Source of the DNA: Candidatus Saccharimonadales bacterium
GTDB taxonomy: Bacteria; Patescibacteriota; Saccharimonadia; Saccharimonadales; UBA4665
Direction of reading: 5' to 3'
Length of the DNA stretch: 64,000 bases
NCBI GenBank assembly: GCA_035713075.1
Contig: DASTAD010000025.1
Location: forward strand, 10,568 to 74,567
Positions 10,169 through 20,568 of this stretch are shown here, in pieces. Position 1 is the first letter of the stretch, and every line of letters starts with the position of its first letter. The position numbers and the translations under genes were made by a program. A model generated the notes under the pieces. The model ran no database searches, was not told the DNA's origin, and worked only from the letters and a program-made list of their open reading frames with translations.

Positions 10169-12533
10169 ACAGATCCCCTACGTCTAATAGCAGATGTTCC
10201 CCGGGTTTTACTTGATTCCTTAAAATCTTCTGAGCTATGGTGTCCTCGACCGCCTTTTGAAGTGTGCGTCTCATGGGTCTGGCGCCTAGTCGCGGATCGT
10301 AGCCAACCCGTACTATCTTTTCTACTGCTTCTTTTGTTAGCGCCACCGATATATTCTGCTGCGATAACGTTAAGTTAATTTCCTTAAGCATAACGCCGAC
10401 GACCTGAGTCAGCTCCCCTTCGTTAAGCGGCCTGAATAAGACAACTTCATCAAACCGGTTAATAAGCTCCGGCTTGAAGGCGCCGGTCTTTATCAGCTCG
10501 TCCAGAAGCGCCGACTCTAAGGCTTCTAAGACTACGCCTTTCTCGACATTCTCGCGGATAGTTTGAGCTCCGGCGTTGGATGTAGCAATGATTATGGAAT
10601 CTTTAAATGACACCGCTCTTCCTGAAATGTCCGTTAATTGACCTTCGTCAAGCAGCTGAAGTAAAAGGTTAAGAATATTAGGGTGGGCCTTCTCAATTTC
10701 GTCGAGCAGGACGACGCTGAATGGTTGCTGACGCTCGGCCATTATTAGGCTTTTTGTCTCGTTACCTCCATCAGACAATAGCCGACTGACGTCTGATTCC
10801 TGCTGATACTCTGTCATATCTAGTCTTATCATGTTGCTTTCCGCGCCAAAATAAGTAGCGGCCAGCGATCTGGCCAGTTCGGTTTTACCGACCCCCGTCG
10901 GGCCCAGGAAAAGGAAGCTGCCAATTGGACGCCTGGGGTTTTTAACCCCGGCGCGGGCTCGCCGGAGTGAATTAGCCACGACGCTTACGGCATGGGTCTG
11001 ATTTATCATTCTCTCGTGAATTTTGTCTTCCAAGTTCAATAGCTCGTCTGCTTCTGCCGGGGCTGCGCTAGCAACTTTTACGCCTTTTGTTTGTTCGACC
11101 GCGTCCTGGACGCTTTTTGCCGAAACGACATTCTGGTTGCTGTGGGCAATTGATTGCTCGAGCAGCTTAGTCGCCTTTCCCGGAAAGGCTTCATCCTGGT
11201 CGTAGCGTTCGCTTAAATTGTAAGCTTCAGTTAATGCTTCGTAGGCTATGATGACATGGTTTTTGTTCTCAAGTGTCACGGCTGTGTCTTCCAGTACTTC
11301 CATGACCTGAGACCTGGGAAGCTCCTGCATAACGACGGGGGTGATAAGGCTGGCCAAAGTCTGGTTTGTCGCCTTTAGCCGCTCGTATCCATGAGGAGAC
11401 AGCGCTAAAATCATGGGCGTAGTTTTTGACTGTAAAATAGACTGAAGAATTTGGGAGGCGTTGAAAGCACCCGGCGCATCGTTCATGAAGCTTTCGGCGT
11501 CATCGAGAAACAATATAATATGACCTGCATGCGCCGCTTCATTAGCAAGACTTATCATGATATGTTCCAACTCGCCAGGCTGAGTTGCGAATGCGGTGAT
11601 GTCTGTTGCGTTAATGCTTACTATTTGATGATAAGCCAGTTCGCTGGATGTCTTGCCTTCGATTAACCTTTGAGCGAATGCGTAAACGCTGCTAGATTTG
11701 CCGATCCCTAAGGGACCGACTAAAGCTATAGTATTAGCATGATTATCAAAAGCGGCTTCCATGGCTTTAACTGAAGCGCTGTTTAAAAGCGATCCGAAGT
11801 GGGCGCCATGATCGGTGATCGAAAGCGTAACGTTTTGCCCGAATCGGTTCAGTAGCGGCGTGTAACCGAACGCCCAGTCTCTGCCAATACCCCCGTAAAA
11901 TCTTTTTTCGACGGAAGCATGCTCATGGATGTTACGCGCCAGCCAATTGCCGGTAGCGACTATCTCAGCCGGATCGGCTTTATAGCTGATAATTAGCTGC
12001 CTGATGCCAGCGGAGGCGTACAGCAAGCCGGTAATAACGTTGCCCAGTTCAATCTGTCTGCTGCCATTATGGTCGGCTATTTGGACGGCGTATTGCAGGG
12101 CCAGGTTTGCTTCGTCCGATGTACCCGCTTCGAGACTGACCTCAACTGCTCGCCTGTCAAGCAATAAGTGGTTAGTAATAAAAGCGGCCTGCCAGTGTTT
12201 ATTAAGCGACGCCCATAATTTTCCCGAAGTAATTTCGCTACCTGGCTGAAGCCGGCTAAGAACATCAACGCTAAGCCGTTGTGTAAGACCATCTTTTTTT
12301 ACCGGCAGAATACTAAGCTCTCGTTTCCACCAGACGGCCGGACAAAAAAGAATGGCTATCGGGGCCGCAACGAAACAAGCTAGCTTTATTCCAAGAAATA
12401 CAGCCGTAAATAATGAAAGAATCAGCAGCATAAGCGATAAGGAGATGAGAACAAGATAAGTGCTTTTGCCTAGCTTGGCGCCGATGCGGGCGAGATAAGC
12501 CCTTTCTGAATTCAACTCCAGGAGTTCGTTCAT
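10161..12533 (-). CDS. membrane-anchored Clp/Hsp100-family AAA+ ATPase (ClpC/ClpB-like, divergent first module)
   Basis: Two N-terminal TM helices, a Clp_N-like repeat, and the TPLLNRFGQNVT linker. D1 has Walker A GPLGIGKSS but Walker B ILFLDDAE. D2 is canonical (GPTGVGKTE, VVLLDEIEKAHP, GARPMRR). I prefer the start at ATG 12531-12533, which overlaps the upstream stop as ATGA. Confidence 0.8.
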   Translation of the reverse strand: MNELLELNSERAYLARIGAKLGKSTYLVLISLSLMLLILSLFTAVFLGIKLACFVAAPIAILFCPAVWWKRELSILPVKKDGLTQRLSVDVLSRLQPGSEITSGKLWASLNKHWQAAFITNHLLLDRRAVEVSLEAGTSDEANLALQYAVQIADHNGSRQIELGNVITGLLYASAGIRQLIISYKADPAEIVATGNWLARNIHEHASVEKRFYGGIGRDWAFGYTPLLNRFGQNVTLSITDHGAHFGSLLNSASVKAMEAAFDNHANTIALVGPLGIGKSSSVYAFAQRLIEGKTSSELAYHQIVSINATDITAFATQPGELEHIMISLANEAAHAGHIILFLDDAESFMNDAPGAFNASQILQSILQSKTTPMILALSPHGYERLKATNQTLASLITPVVMQELPRSQVMEVLEDTAVTLENKNHVIIAYEALTEAYNLSERYDQDEAFPGKATKLLEQSIAHSNQNVVSAKSVQDAVEQTKGVKVASAAPAEADELLNLEDKIHERMINQTHAVSVVANSLRRARAGVKNPRRPIGSFLFLGPTGVGKTELARSLAATYFGAESNMIRLDMTEYQQESDVSRLLSDGGNETKSLIMAERQQPFSVVLLDEIEKAHPNILNLLLQLLDEGQLTDISGRAVSFKDSIIIATSNAGAQTIRENVEKGVVLEALESALLDELIKTGAFKPELINRFDEVVLFRPLNEGELTQVVGVMLKEINLTLSQQNISVALTKEAVEKIVRVGYDPRLGARPMRRTLQKAVEDTIAQKILRNQVKPGEHLLLDVGDLSI

Positions 12534-12928
12534 AACACGATACCTAATATGATTAACACGACGGGCGCCGCCGGAATTACCGGCCACAGAAAGATTTCTA
12601 GTACTGTAATTATTAAGACGAAAGCGGCAACAAGCATTGCCGTAAACAAAACGATAAGTCTTACAAAAAAACCAACCGTCCTTGAAAAGAGATTGTCTAT
12701 CCAGGCGTGGAACTTATCCTCCAGCGATGCGCCGGGATAGCTGATGATTCTTCGCCACGGCGCAAAAATAGTTTTCACTAGCTGCGCGACAGAAAACATA
12801 CCCGATACTGCTTGCAGGCGACTGTTAAGAGATAAAGCTACGGCTTTCCAGCCTGGACCATACCACCAAGATAAGAAAGCTGTCATAAACATAAACATTA
12901 TTGTACCATTTCGCCTTCTCTGCTCCAT
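12530..12928 (-). CDS. small multi-TM membrane protein
   Basis: 132-aa hydrophobic ORF. Its TGA overlaps the ATG of the downstream Clp-like gene (ATGA). Confidence 0.5.
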   Translation of the reverse strand: MEQRRRNGTIMFMFMTAFLSWWYGPGWKAVALSLNSRLQAVSGMFSVAQLVKTIFAPWRRIISYPGASLEDKFHAWIDNLFSRTVGFFVRLIVLFTAMLVAAFVLIITVLEIFLWPVIPAAPVVLIILGIVL

Positions 12929-13037
12929 CTGTTAGTAACGCGACCCGTCACTTCCCTTATCTCATTTCTCGTTTACAATATTGCAACGCTGCGACACTTG
13001 AAATATATTCTTTCGAGGTAGATAGTATCGATATTGC

Positions 13038-13787
13038 ATGAGTGTATCTAGCGAAGTCATGAAGGAAGTGAGTGTAGTAGGTGGCGGAGTCCTTGGACTA
13101 TCGATTTTCCCGCGAGCTATCCGCGCCTGCATAATAGGCGTTCCTGAACAGCACTCGGCTTTTCGGGAGCACGCCAACCGGCCTTTAAATAAAGAGGGGG
13201 GCTTTTACGGGACGGTTGGAACCGGCAAGTATTTTAATTTTGGCTTACGTAGCTACAGGCTAGTTAGCGAGCAGTCAGTATTTACTAATTTGCCGGATAT
13301 GAATGTCACTCTTGGCCATGAACAGATAACCGTCAGCTCGATTGCCGAATGGGGAGTTCTAACGAATCCGCATACCGGCAAGATGGAAGACGAAGGCGGC
13401 TACCGCTTCGCTTATAATGTCCGTGATGAGGAGGCCTTAATTACTGGGGTGCTGGGTATTTGCGGTTCAGCCTTACGTAACGTCGTGATGGGCCGCTGTA
13501 AGGACGATCTTTACGGCACCGGAATCGACAATCCACGCGAAGCTACCGACGCGGAAGTATACCCGATGTTGGCACGTGAATGTAGCTTTGAGTTGTTTGA
13601 CAAATTCGGTGCCGAACTCAGGTCTATCAGTATCCTCCAATCGCCTGACGACATAGTCAGCCCGCTTAAAGTCATGGCCGGCAAGATTGCCGGAGCCAAA
13701 GCTTTCTCCATTACTTATGAACCTAATAACGATCACGCCAGACCGACAGCCCTTGATATAGAAAGTTTAGAGTTGATTACGACTTAA
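13038..13787 (+). CDS. hypothetical protein (weak SPFH/band-7-like resemblance)
   Basis: 249-aa ORF in an otherwise empty interval. No diagnostic motif recognised. Confidence 0.35.
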   Translation: MSVSSEVMKEVSVVGGGVLGLSIFPRAIRACIIGVPEQHSAFREHANRPLNKEGGFYGTVGTGKYFNFGLRSYRLVSEQSVFTNLPDMNVTLGHEQITVSSIAEWGVLTNPHTGKMEDEGGYRFAYNVRDEEALITGVLGICGSALRNVVMGRCKDDLYGTGIDNPREATDAEVYPMLARECSFELFDKFGAELRSISILQSPDDIVSPLKVMAGKIAGAKAFSITYEPNNDHARPTALDIESLELITT

Positions 13788-13799
13788 TGGCAGGAAAAA

Positions 13800-14240
13800 T
13801 TAAATTTTCCTAGGCGTGTCTGGGAAGCCTGTTTTTAGACATTCGCTAATTACTTTTTGCAGCTGAGGAGTGCGGAAAGCTAGATTGGGGAAAGAACCAG
13901 CGTACATCCACAGCGGTTCATGAGTGTTGAAATCCAGCCGGTTCATAAAAGCCTCTTCGGAGTTGTCTTGAACGGCGATATCCTTATCTTCCTTAGCCGC
14001 ACATAAAAAGATGTACTGTTCATTATATGGTTCAGGGTGTTCTTCTATGAATACTAACCTGGTAGAGGTTACTTCCAATCCGGTCTCTTCTTTTACTTCT
14101 CGGATAACAGCCTCTTCCGGGCTTTCGCCGTCGTTAATGCGTCCGCCAACTAAAGTAAAGTATTCATTGCCTTCTTTATGACGCCTCATTATTAGCAGCT
14201 TATCGTCTTGGAAAATTATTGCTCTAGCGGCCTTAGCCAT
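13800..14240 (-). CDS. NUDIX hydrolase
   Basis: Nudix box GGRINDGESPEEAVIREVKEETGLEV. Confidence 0.85.
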   Translation of the reverse strand: MAKAARAIIFQDDKLLIMRRHKEGNEYFTLVGGRINDGESPEEAVIREVKEETGLEVTSTRLVFIEEHPEPYNEQYIFLCAAKEDKDIAVQDNSEEAFMNRLDFNTHEPLWMYAGSFPNLAFRTPQLQKVISECLKTGFPDTPRKI

Positions 14241-14326
14241 GAATCCTCACTTTGTTATATTAAATTAAGTTTAGACCGCCAAGAAATGACGGTAAACTTC
14301 CGTAAAGGTAATATTATACCGACAAA

Positions 14327-14418
14327 TGGCGGAGGGAGAGGGATTCGAACCCTCGGTGCATATTGCTACACACACACGCTTTCCAAGCGTGCCAATTAAA
14401 CCGCTCTTGCATCCCTCC
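14327..14418 (-). tRNA. tRNA-Ser (anticodon GGA), CCA encoded
   Basis: The reverse complement reads GGAGGGATGCAAGAGCGG...CACGC-TTGGAAA-GCGTG...GAGGGTTCGAATCCCTCTCCCTCCGCCA. It has a long variable arm and a canonical T-arm. Confidence 0.9.
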
Positions 14419-14515
14419 AGGATGGCCTGCCAAATGCTCAATATTAGTATATCTCAAAATTACTACAAAAACATGTTGCAGTTCCTGCAAATAAGGAGTT
14501 AAACTTAATCAACCA

Positions 14516-15382
14516 ATGGCCTTAATAGAATTACAAGACGTCAGTAAACTGTACGGCTTCGGCGATGCGACTACCTTGGCGCTGGACGAAGTTTCGCTTA
14601 AGATTGAAAAAGGTGAATTCGTGGCCGTTATGGGTCCGAGCGGCTGCGGTAAAAGCACGCTAATGAATCTCATCGGCTTACTGGATCGTCCTTCACATGG
14701 CCAATACCGGCTAAGCGGAAAATCTGTTTCAAGACTGCGCCCTAATCAGGCGGCCAAGATAAGGCGAGATGATATAGGCTTTATTTTCCAGTTCTTTAAT
14801 CTTCTGCCTAAATTAAACGCTTTAGAAAATGTTGCATTGCCGCTTACGTATAAGGGTATGTCGGTTACCCGCCGACTTAAGACAGCCAGTTCGATGCTAG
14901 AAAGAGTCGGAATCCAGAGCCGAGAGTACTACTTGCCCAGCCAATTGAGCGGCGGTCAGTTGCAGTGCGTGGCTATCGCAAGAGCACTGGTTAACAATCC
15001 GAAAATAATTATCGCCGATGAGCCGACAGGTAATCTTGACAGCGCCAGTTCCAGATTGGTGATGGAGATCCTGGCGGATATTCATAAAATGGGTAACACA
15101 ATAATTTTCGTCACCCATAATCCCGAATTAACCCGGTATGCCAGCCGAGTAGTGTATATGCACGACGGCGGCATCGTCCATGACGAGCATACGACTATTG
15201 GCCGGGTAGCGACTACGGCTAGAAAAGTTCTTTATACGCTGCCTACGACAAGCGAAGAGGATGACCTAGCCGGAGTTTCCTTACTTATGAAAGCTTTGCC
15301 TAGCCGCAGCAGTGTTCCTGCGCCAAAGTCTAGCCGGACTTCTCGCCGTTCAAAACCTAAGACCAAGAAAGCCCGGGGTTAA
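14516..15382 (+). CDS. ABC transporter ATP-binding protein (MacB/LolD type) with basic Ser-rich C-terminal tail
   Basis: Walker A GPSGCGKST, signature LSGGQLQ, Walker B IIIADEPT. The final 60 aa or so are low complexity (SRSSVPAPKSSRTSRRSKPKTKKARG). Confidence 0.9.
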   Translation: MALIELQDVSKLYGFGDATTLALDEVSLKIEKGEFVAVMGPSGCGKSTLMNLIGLLDRPSHGQYRLSGKSVSRLRPNQAAKIRRDDIGFIFQFFNLLPKLNALENVALPLTYKGMSVTRRLKTASSMLERVGIQSREYYLPSQLSGGQLQCVAIARALVNNPKIIIADEPTGNLDSASSRLVMEILADIHKMGNTIIFVTHNPELTRYASRVVYMHDGGIVHDEHTTIGRVATTARKVLYTLPTTSEEDDLAGVSLLMKALPSRSSVPAPKSSRTSRRSKPKTKKARG

Positions 15383-15388
15383 TTATTC

Positions 15389-16618
15389 ATGCGGTTTTTA
15401 GCGACGGGACACATACGCGCCGGAATCGAATCCGTTAGAAGCAATAAAGCCAGAAGTTTCTGGACAATGGTAGGAATTGTGATCGGGGTTATGTCGGTCA
15501 TTACTATCGTCGCAATCGGCCAAGGTATAAAACAGCAGATTGGCGGCCAGATCCATAGTTTAGGCGCGAACATAATAACCGTTCGGACGGCTCAGCTGAA
15601 AGCCGGTTCTAATCCAGGTGCCTTCGGAGATCTGACCGGATTTAGCGTGACTGCACCTTTAACTCAAAAAGATATCAATACGGTTGAGAAGGCTCCGGCG
15701 GTGTCTGCAGTTGCGCCGTTGACTTTAGTGACAGGCAGTGCCAGCGGAGATAATGGAATATATAAACCGGCTTTTGTCATCGGTACCTCGCCTGACCTGC
15801 CCAGCCTGCTAAATCAATCCATCGCTTACGGCTCATTCTTTACCGGCAGCGACGTGGCGGGCAACGTCGCGGTTATCGGTCAGAACGTGGCTAACGCTAT
15901 GTTTAACGCCAACGTTCCTTTAGGACGAACTTTATACTTTCACGGACAAAGCTTCATAGTCCAAGGTATTTTCAATCAGTTCACCACTGATCCTCTGAGT
16001 CAGCAAGCCGATCTTAATAACGCCATCTTCATACCAGAGGATGTGGCTCAAAGCTTAACCAACAACACGGCGCCGACTTATGAAATATTCGCTCGAGCCG
16101 ATTCAGTCGCCGACACCAAACTCGCGGCCGACAACATCCGGAATTCTCTGATTTATTCCCATGGGGGAGCCGGTGGCTTCGCAGTTACAACAGCTAATCA
16201 AAACTTAGGTTCGAGTAACGGTATTCTAGACCTAATGACTAATCTAATAGCCGGGGTAGCTGCCATATCTTTGCTAGTTGCCGGGATTGGAATAATGAAT
16301 GTCATGCTGGTTTCGGTGTCAGAGCGAGTTAGGGAGATTGGTATCAGGAAGGCGGTTGGCGCAACCAATCGTCAGATTCTCGCCCAGTTTATGATTGAAT
16401 CGGGGTTTTTGAGCCTGTCCGGGGGCTTAATCGGCATAGCCTTGTCCTACGCGATCGTTTATTCAATTCGCGCCCTAACTGATTTAAAACCTGTAATATC
16501 AGTAGAAATTGTTGTGATAGCCGCCGGCGTCTCGTTACTTGTCGGTTTAATATTTGGCACTATTCCGGCTGTCAAAGCTTCGCGCAAGGACCCGATTGAA
16601 GCTTTAAGAGCTGAGTAG
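15389..16618 (+). CDS. ABC transporter permease (MacB/FtsX type)
   Basis: N-terminal TM, large extracytoplasmic domain and a C-terminal FtsX-like 3-TM bundle (REIGIRKAVGAT). It starts 7 nt after the ATPase gene. Confidence 0.85.
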   Translation: MRFLATGHIRAGIESVRSNKARSFWTMVGIVIGVMSVITIVAIGQGIKQQIGGQIHSLGANIITVRTAQLKAGSNPGAFGDLTGFSVTAPLTQKDINTVEKAPAVSAVAPLTLVTGSASGDNGIYKPAFVIGTSPDLPSLLNQSIAYGSFFTGSDVAGNVAVIGQNVANAMFNANVPLGRTLYFHGQSFIVQGIFNQFTTDPLSQQADLNNAIFIPEDVAQSLTNNTAPTYEIFARADSVADTKLAADNIRNSLIYSHGGAGGFAVTTANQNLGSSNGILDLMTNLIAGVAAISLLVAGIGIMNVMLVSVSERVREIGIRKAVGATNRQILAQFMIESGFLSLSGGLIGIALSYAIVYSIRALTDLKPVISVEIVVIAAGVSLLVGLIFGTIPAVKASRKDPIEALRAE

Positions 16619-17785
16619 CTACTCGGCACATTGCCCTGTGCTGACACCCTGGTAACTATTGCGGGCTTGAAGTATCTCCGAATGAACTTTCTGCATGGCC
16701 AGCGAATAGCCTACGTGGGCGTAAGAAGTTGACTGGGCGAAGACTACTCCCATTACACGGCCGCTTTCGCTTACCAAAGGCCCTCCGGAATTTCCTGGGA
16801 TGACATCGGCCTGTATTTCATAAACCTGACGGAGAGTCGCGCCGCTGCCATAAATGTTGTGCCCGGTAGCGTTAAACTCGGCTAATACAGCCGCCGGTCC
16901 GGCGCTAAATCCTCCCCCGCCCGGGTAACCTAAGACGGCTCCTGGCGTTCCGGGGTTTATCTGGTTAAGGTCTATCTTCAAGGCGCTTCCTGCCAAACCG
17001 CTGACCCGTAACACCGCGAAATCAAGGTTAGGATCGAAGTAGACTACTTTTCCAACGTGCCGGCCGTTGACGTCTTCTACGTAAGGAGTGGAGATACCGG
17101 CTACGACATGGGCATTGGTTGCTACTAAACCGTTACCAACGACGAATCCCGACCCCGCCACTAAACCGCCGCAGCCTAGCCCTTCTATCCGAACAACCGA
17201 GTCTTTATCGGCGTTCACGGCCGTCTGCAGGTCCCCCAGAGCCGGCAAATTAACATTGCCTCTGGGTATTGGCTCGCTACCTATGAATACATCCGGGAAG
17301 CCGTTCGGATCGATGAGTTTTCCTAAATCAGATATGACTCTAGGTGCTGACGGTAGGGCCTTATTCATGGCGGCGATGATATGTGATTTCTGAATGTCTC
17401 CTTTTAGACGCGTCGCTGGAAGACCGGAGATGACCGAGGCAATCAGCCAAATGCTCAAGAGTATAGTGACGGCCGTGAGCACAACGCCTAAAGTATTATC
17501 GATAGTGTTATATTTTGATCTCAGAGAGCGGTGTTTAAGCCGGAGCCCGGCGTACTCGCCTATAGACAATCCGATTAGGGCCAAGCCGAAAATAGTCAGT
17601 ATAGTCACGAAAGCCCTGCTTATTGGAGTATGGGCTAATTCAATCGTATATTTCTCCAGCACTCTACCGACGAGTAGGCCGCCAAAGAAGCCGATCGTCG
17701 CGCAGAATTGATGAACGAAACCGCTGCGCCAGTTTCTGATCGCGCCGGCAATAACAATTAATACGATTATTATGTCTATTAGCAT
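16619..17785 (-). CDS. CvpA-family membrane domain fused to trypsin-like serine protease (MarP-like)
   Basis: Four N-terminal TM helices. The protease part carries TNAHVV (His) and GNSGGPLV (Ser). Confidence 0.8.
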   Translation of the reverse strand: MLIDIIIVLIVIAGAIRNWRSGFVHQFCATIGFFGGLLVGRVLEKYTIELAHTPISRAFVTILTIFGLALIGLSIGEYAGLRLKHRSLRSKYNTIDNTLGVVLTAVTILLSIWLIASVISGLPATRLKGDIQKSHIIAAMNKALPSAPRVISDLGKLIDPNGFPDVFIGSEPIPRGNVNLPALGDLQTAVNADKDSVVRIEGLGCGGLVAGSGFVVGNGLVATNAHVVAGISTPYVEDVNGRHVGKVVYFDPNLDFAVLRVSGLAGSALKIDLNQINPGTPGAVLGYPGGGGFSAGPAAVLAEFNATGHNIYGSGATLRQVYEIQADVIPGNSGGPLVSESGRVMGVVFAQSTSYAHVGYSLAMQKVHSEILQARNSYQGVSTGQCAE

Positions 17786-17843
17786 CTTCTTTTTATGTGA
17801 TCTTTCAATTCCGCCACCTTAGCTTATAAGCGGGCTGGTTTCA

Positions 17844-19202
17844 TTAATTGTCATGTGGCCCTTTCGAACCGCTAGCATATATTTTAAGGTCTTCGCCGTT
17901 TTGATTCCAGGCATCAATTAACGGTTGCAGTACCTTCCACGTCGACATAACTTCCGCGGCAGACGCGAATAAGGATTGGTCTCCCCTTATGACGTCCATC
18001 AGCACTCTCTCGTAAGCGTCGACGTGCATGTAGTCTCTAAAAACCGTATCGTAGCGTAAATCTAACGCCTCATGAGTCATTTTGTCTTCTAACCCCGGTT
18101 CTTTAACGATAAGATCTAAGCTGATACCTTCATTGGGTTGTATCCGGAAGACCAAGTTATTTCTTCTTCTGACGCCCGGGGTTCTAAACTCAATCGTTAT
18201 ATCGGTGGTTTTCTCGTTCATCCCCTTGCCCGTTTCCAAAATCAGCTCTACTCCATCCCAACGTTCCGAAGAATGTCTAAGTCTGATTCTGCAGTATGTC
18301 TCGACAAAACTGTCCGGGTTAGAGACTTCTTCCTTATAGCTAGCGTATTGCCCCCTTAGCGCATCGGTAGTTGTTGCCGGCAATAAGCCTTCAAAAAATA
18401 CTTGTTTAGCCTGATGGATATCTTTGCTATCCATGTCTTCGGGTAAGTCCATAAGCGTAATTGATAGCAGTTGCATGAGGTGGCTCTGGATCAGGTCACG
18501 GAGAGCGCCTGTTTGTTCGTAAAAATTTGCTCTGCCTTCGATGCCTATAGATTCGAGGGCTCGGATATGGATGCTGCGGATATGTTCATGGTTCCATAAC
18601 GGTTTAAAGATCGGGTTATGCATCCTGAAAGCTAACAGGTTCTGAGCGGTTTCCTTCGCCAGATAATGATCGATGCGGTAAACTTGCTCTTCATTGAATC
18701 CCGTATTTATTGTTTCTATTAGTTTTGCGGCCGAGTCGACGTCGTAACCGAATGGTTTTTCAATTAGGATTTTCGAGCGGCTGTCATTGAGACCGACTTT
18801 AGCGAGTTGCTGGATTATCGGTCCGAAAGCCGTTGAAGGTACGGACATATAAAAGATCCGGTCTCTCTTCTTACCCTCGTCGCATTTTTCAAGCAGACTG
18901 ACTAGAAGTTGATAGTCCTCGTCGATGCTCGGGTCCAGTTTTATAGTTCGGAGAGAGTTTCTTATTAATTCTATTGTCGCTGGATCGCACTCTTTATCGG
19001 CAGCTAAAATACTGGCTTCGAAAGTATCTACAACTTCGTCGGTCGTCAGATCGTGCCTGCTGGTGCCGATAATCTTAGTGGCCGGGCTAATCGAACCGGT
19101 TCTTAGTAAATGGTAAAGAGCGGGCAGCAGCTTTCTCTTACTTAAGTCGCCTGTGATACCGAAGATTACTAGTATCGGGTCGTTAGCCTTTTCCTGGTTC
19201 AT
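17844..19202 (-). CDS. zwf: glucose-6-phosphate dehydrogenase
   Basis: IFGITGDLSKRKL dinucleotide-binding motif and RIDHYLAKE active-site signature. Confidence 0.92.
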   Translation of the reverse strand: MNQEKANDPILVIFGITGDLSKRKLLPALYHLLRTGSISPATKIIGTSRHDLTTDEVVDTFEASILAADKECDPATIELIRNSLRTIKLDPSIDEDYQLLVSLLEKCDEGKKRDRIFYMSVPSTAFGPIIQQLAKVGLNDSRSKILIEKPFGYDVDSAAKLIETINTGFNEEQVYRIDHYLAKETAQNLLAFRMHNPIFKPLWNHEHIRSIHIRALESIGIEGRANFYEQTGALRDLIQSHLMQLLSITLMDLPEDMDSKDIHQAKQVFFEGLLPATTTDALRGQYASYKEEVSNPDSFVETYCRIRLRHSSERWDGVELILETGKGMNEKTTDITIEFRTPGVRRRNNLVFRIQPNEGISLDLIVKEPGLEDKMTHEALDLRYDTVFRDYMHVDAYERVLMDVIRGDQSLFASAAEVMSTWKVLQPLIDAWNQNGEDLKIYASGSKGPHDN

Positions 19203-19217
19203 GAATACAGTTTAACA

Positions 19218-20513
19218 TCAGCGACGTAGGATAACCTGTGATCTGCCTGGTCCGACGCCTATCTTGGTTACCGGTAGGCCAAGTTCCCTTTCGAATAAGC
19301 CGACGAAGTCGATTGCTGCTTTAGGAAGTTCAGAGTATTCGTGGATATTGCTAATGTCACCGTCCCAGCTAGGAAGGTTAATATAGTTAGCCGAACATTT
19401 TTCCAGTGCCAGCGCCGAACTAGGTGCGGTCAATCTGACATCACCTTGGTAGTTGTAACTAGTCGCTACTTTTATTACCTTACCGTAGCGTGGAACGTGG
19501 TCCAGTTTCGACAGCGCAATTTCATCAACGCCGTTAAGCCTGGCGGCATTACGCAGTTCGACGATGTCCGGGTAACCGATTCGTCGGGGCCGTTTTGTCG
19601 TGGCTCCGAATTCACTGTCGGCTTTGCCGTACTCTCCTCTTATTTGGCTGGCTAATGCTTCCTCGTGAATCTCAGTCACGAAAGGACCTCCGCCAACGTG
19701 AGACTTAACCGATTTTGCTACACCAGTAGTTTTATTCAGATGTTTGGGCGAGACACCGAGGCCGTCGAGCAAGCCAATGACTGTCGTGCTTGAAGACGTT
19801 ACGGCCGGATACATGCCGTGATTAATATCCAGCCAGTAGGCTTGAGCCCCTTCAGCCAAGACGGCTTCACCAGCATCCAATCTTTGATTTATAACTTCAA
19901 CAGTGTCGGCAACATACGGTCTCAAGCCTTCTACGGCTTCCATCCAGTCGTCGACTTTTGCTTTTATATCGTTTAACGATAACTGTTGTTCTTTAGGCAG
20001 GCTGCCATTAAGCTGGGCCAAGCCTTGGCGGGCATGGTCGCTGAGAAGTTTAGGCTGCTCGATCATTTCAACTCTCAGTCCTTCTCTAAGGAACTTGTCC
20101 GCGGCGACGTATGCAATGCCGGATTTTGTAGATCCCTGAGCTTGATCACCTCCTTCCCTGAGCGCGTCTAAAATAACGTGGTGGGGAAAGACTAGGTGAG
20201 AGGAGTCGCTGATAAGCAAGTTGGAAGGGTCTACTTTTATGCCTGTCGCCCGGACGTTTTCGAGTTCAGCCTGCAGCCTTAAAGGATCAAGGTATACCCC
20301 GTTGCCGATGATGTTTAATTTGTCCGGGTAGGTAATGCCTGATGGTATTTGATGTAAGGCCAGCGGTTCAAGGTTGTCCGGTATGACGGTATGGCCGGCA
20401 TTGGCCCCGCCGTTGCCTCTGGCGATGACTTTGTAGTCTTTAGCGACTAGGTCCACGAACCTGCCCTTACCTTCATCGCCGCGTTGAAGTCCGACTACTA
20501 CGTCTAATGGCAT
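19218..20513 (-). CDS. purA: adenylosuccinate synthase
   Basis: GLQRGDEGKGRFVD P-loop and GNGGANAGHT motif. 431 aa. Confidence 0.92.
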   Translation of the reverse strand: MPLDVVVGLQRGDEGKGRFVDLVAKDYKVIARGNGGANAGHTVIPDNLEPLALHQIPSGITYPDKLNIIGNGVYLDPLRLQAELENVRATGIKVDPSNLLISDSSHLVFPHHVILDALREGGDQAQGSTKSGIAYVAADKFLREGLRVEMIEQPKLLSDHARQGLAQLNGSLPKEQQLSLNDIKAKVDDWMEAVEGLRPYVADTVEVINQRLDAGEAVLAEGAQAYWLDINHGMYPAVTSSSTTVIGLLDGLGVSPKHLNKTTGVAKSVKSHVGGGPFVTEIHEEALASQIRGEYGKADSEFGATTKRPRRIGYPDIVELRNAARLNGVDEIALSKLDHVPRYGKVIKVATSYNYQGDVRLTAPSSALALEKCSANYINLPSWDGDISNIHEYSELPKAAIDFVGLFERELGLPVTKIGVGPGRSQVILRR

Positions 20514-20568
20514 ATCTAGCTATAAAATAACCTAAGTCCACTGGCTATGGCAAGAATATCCTGTCTAA

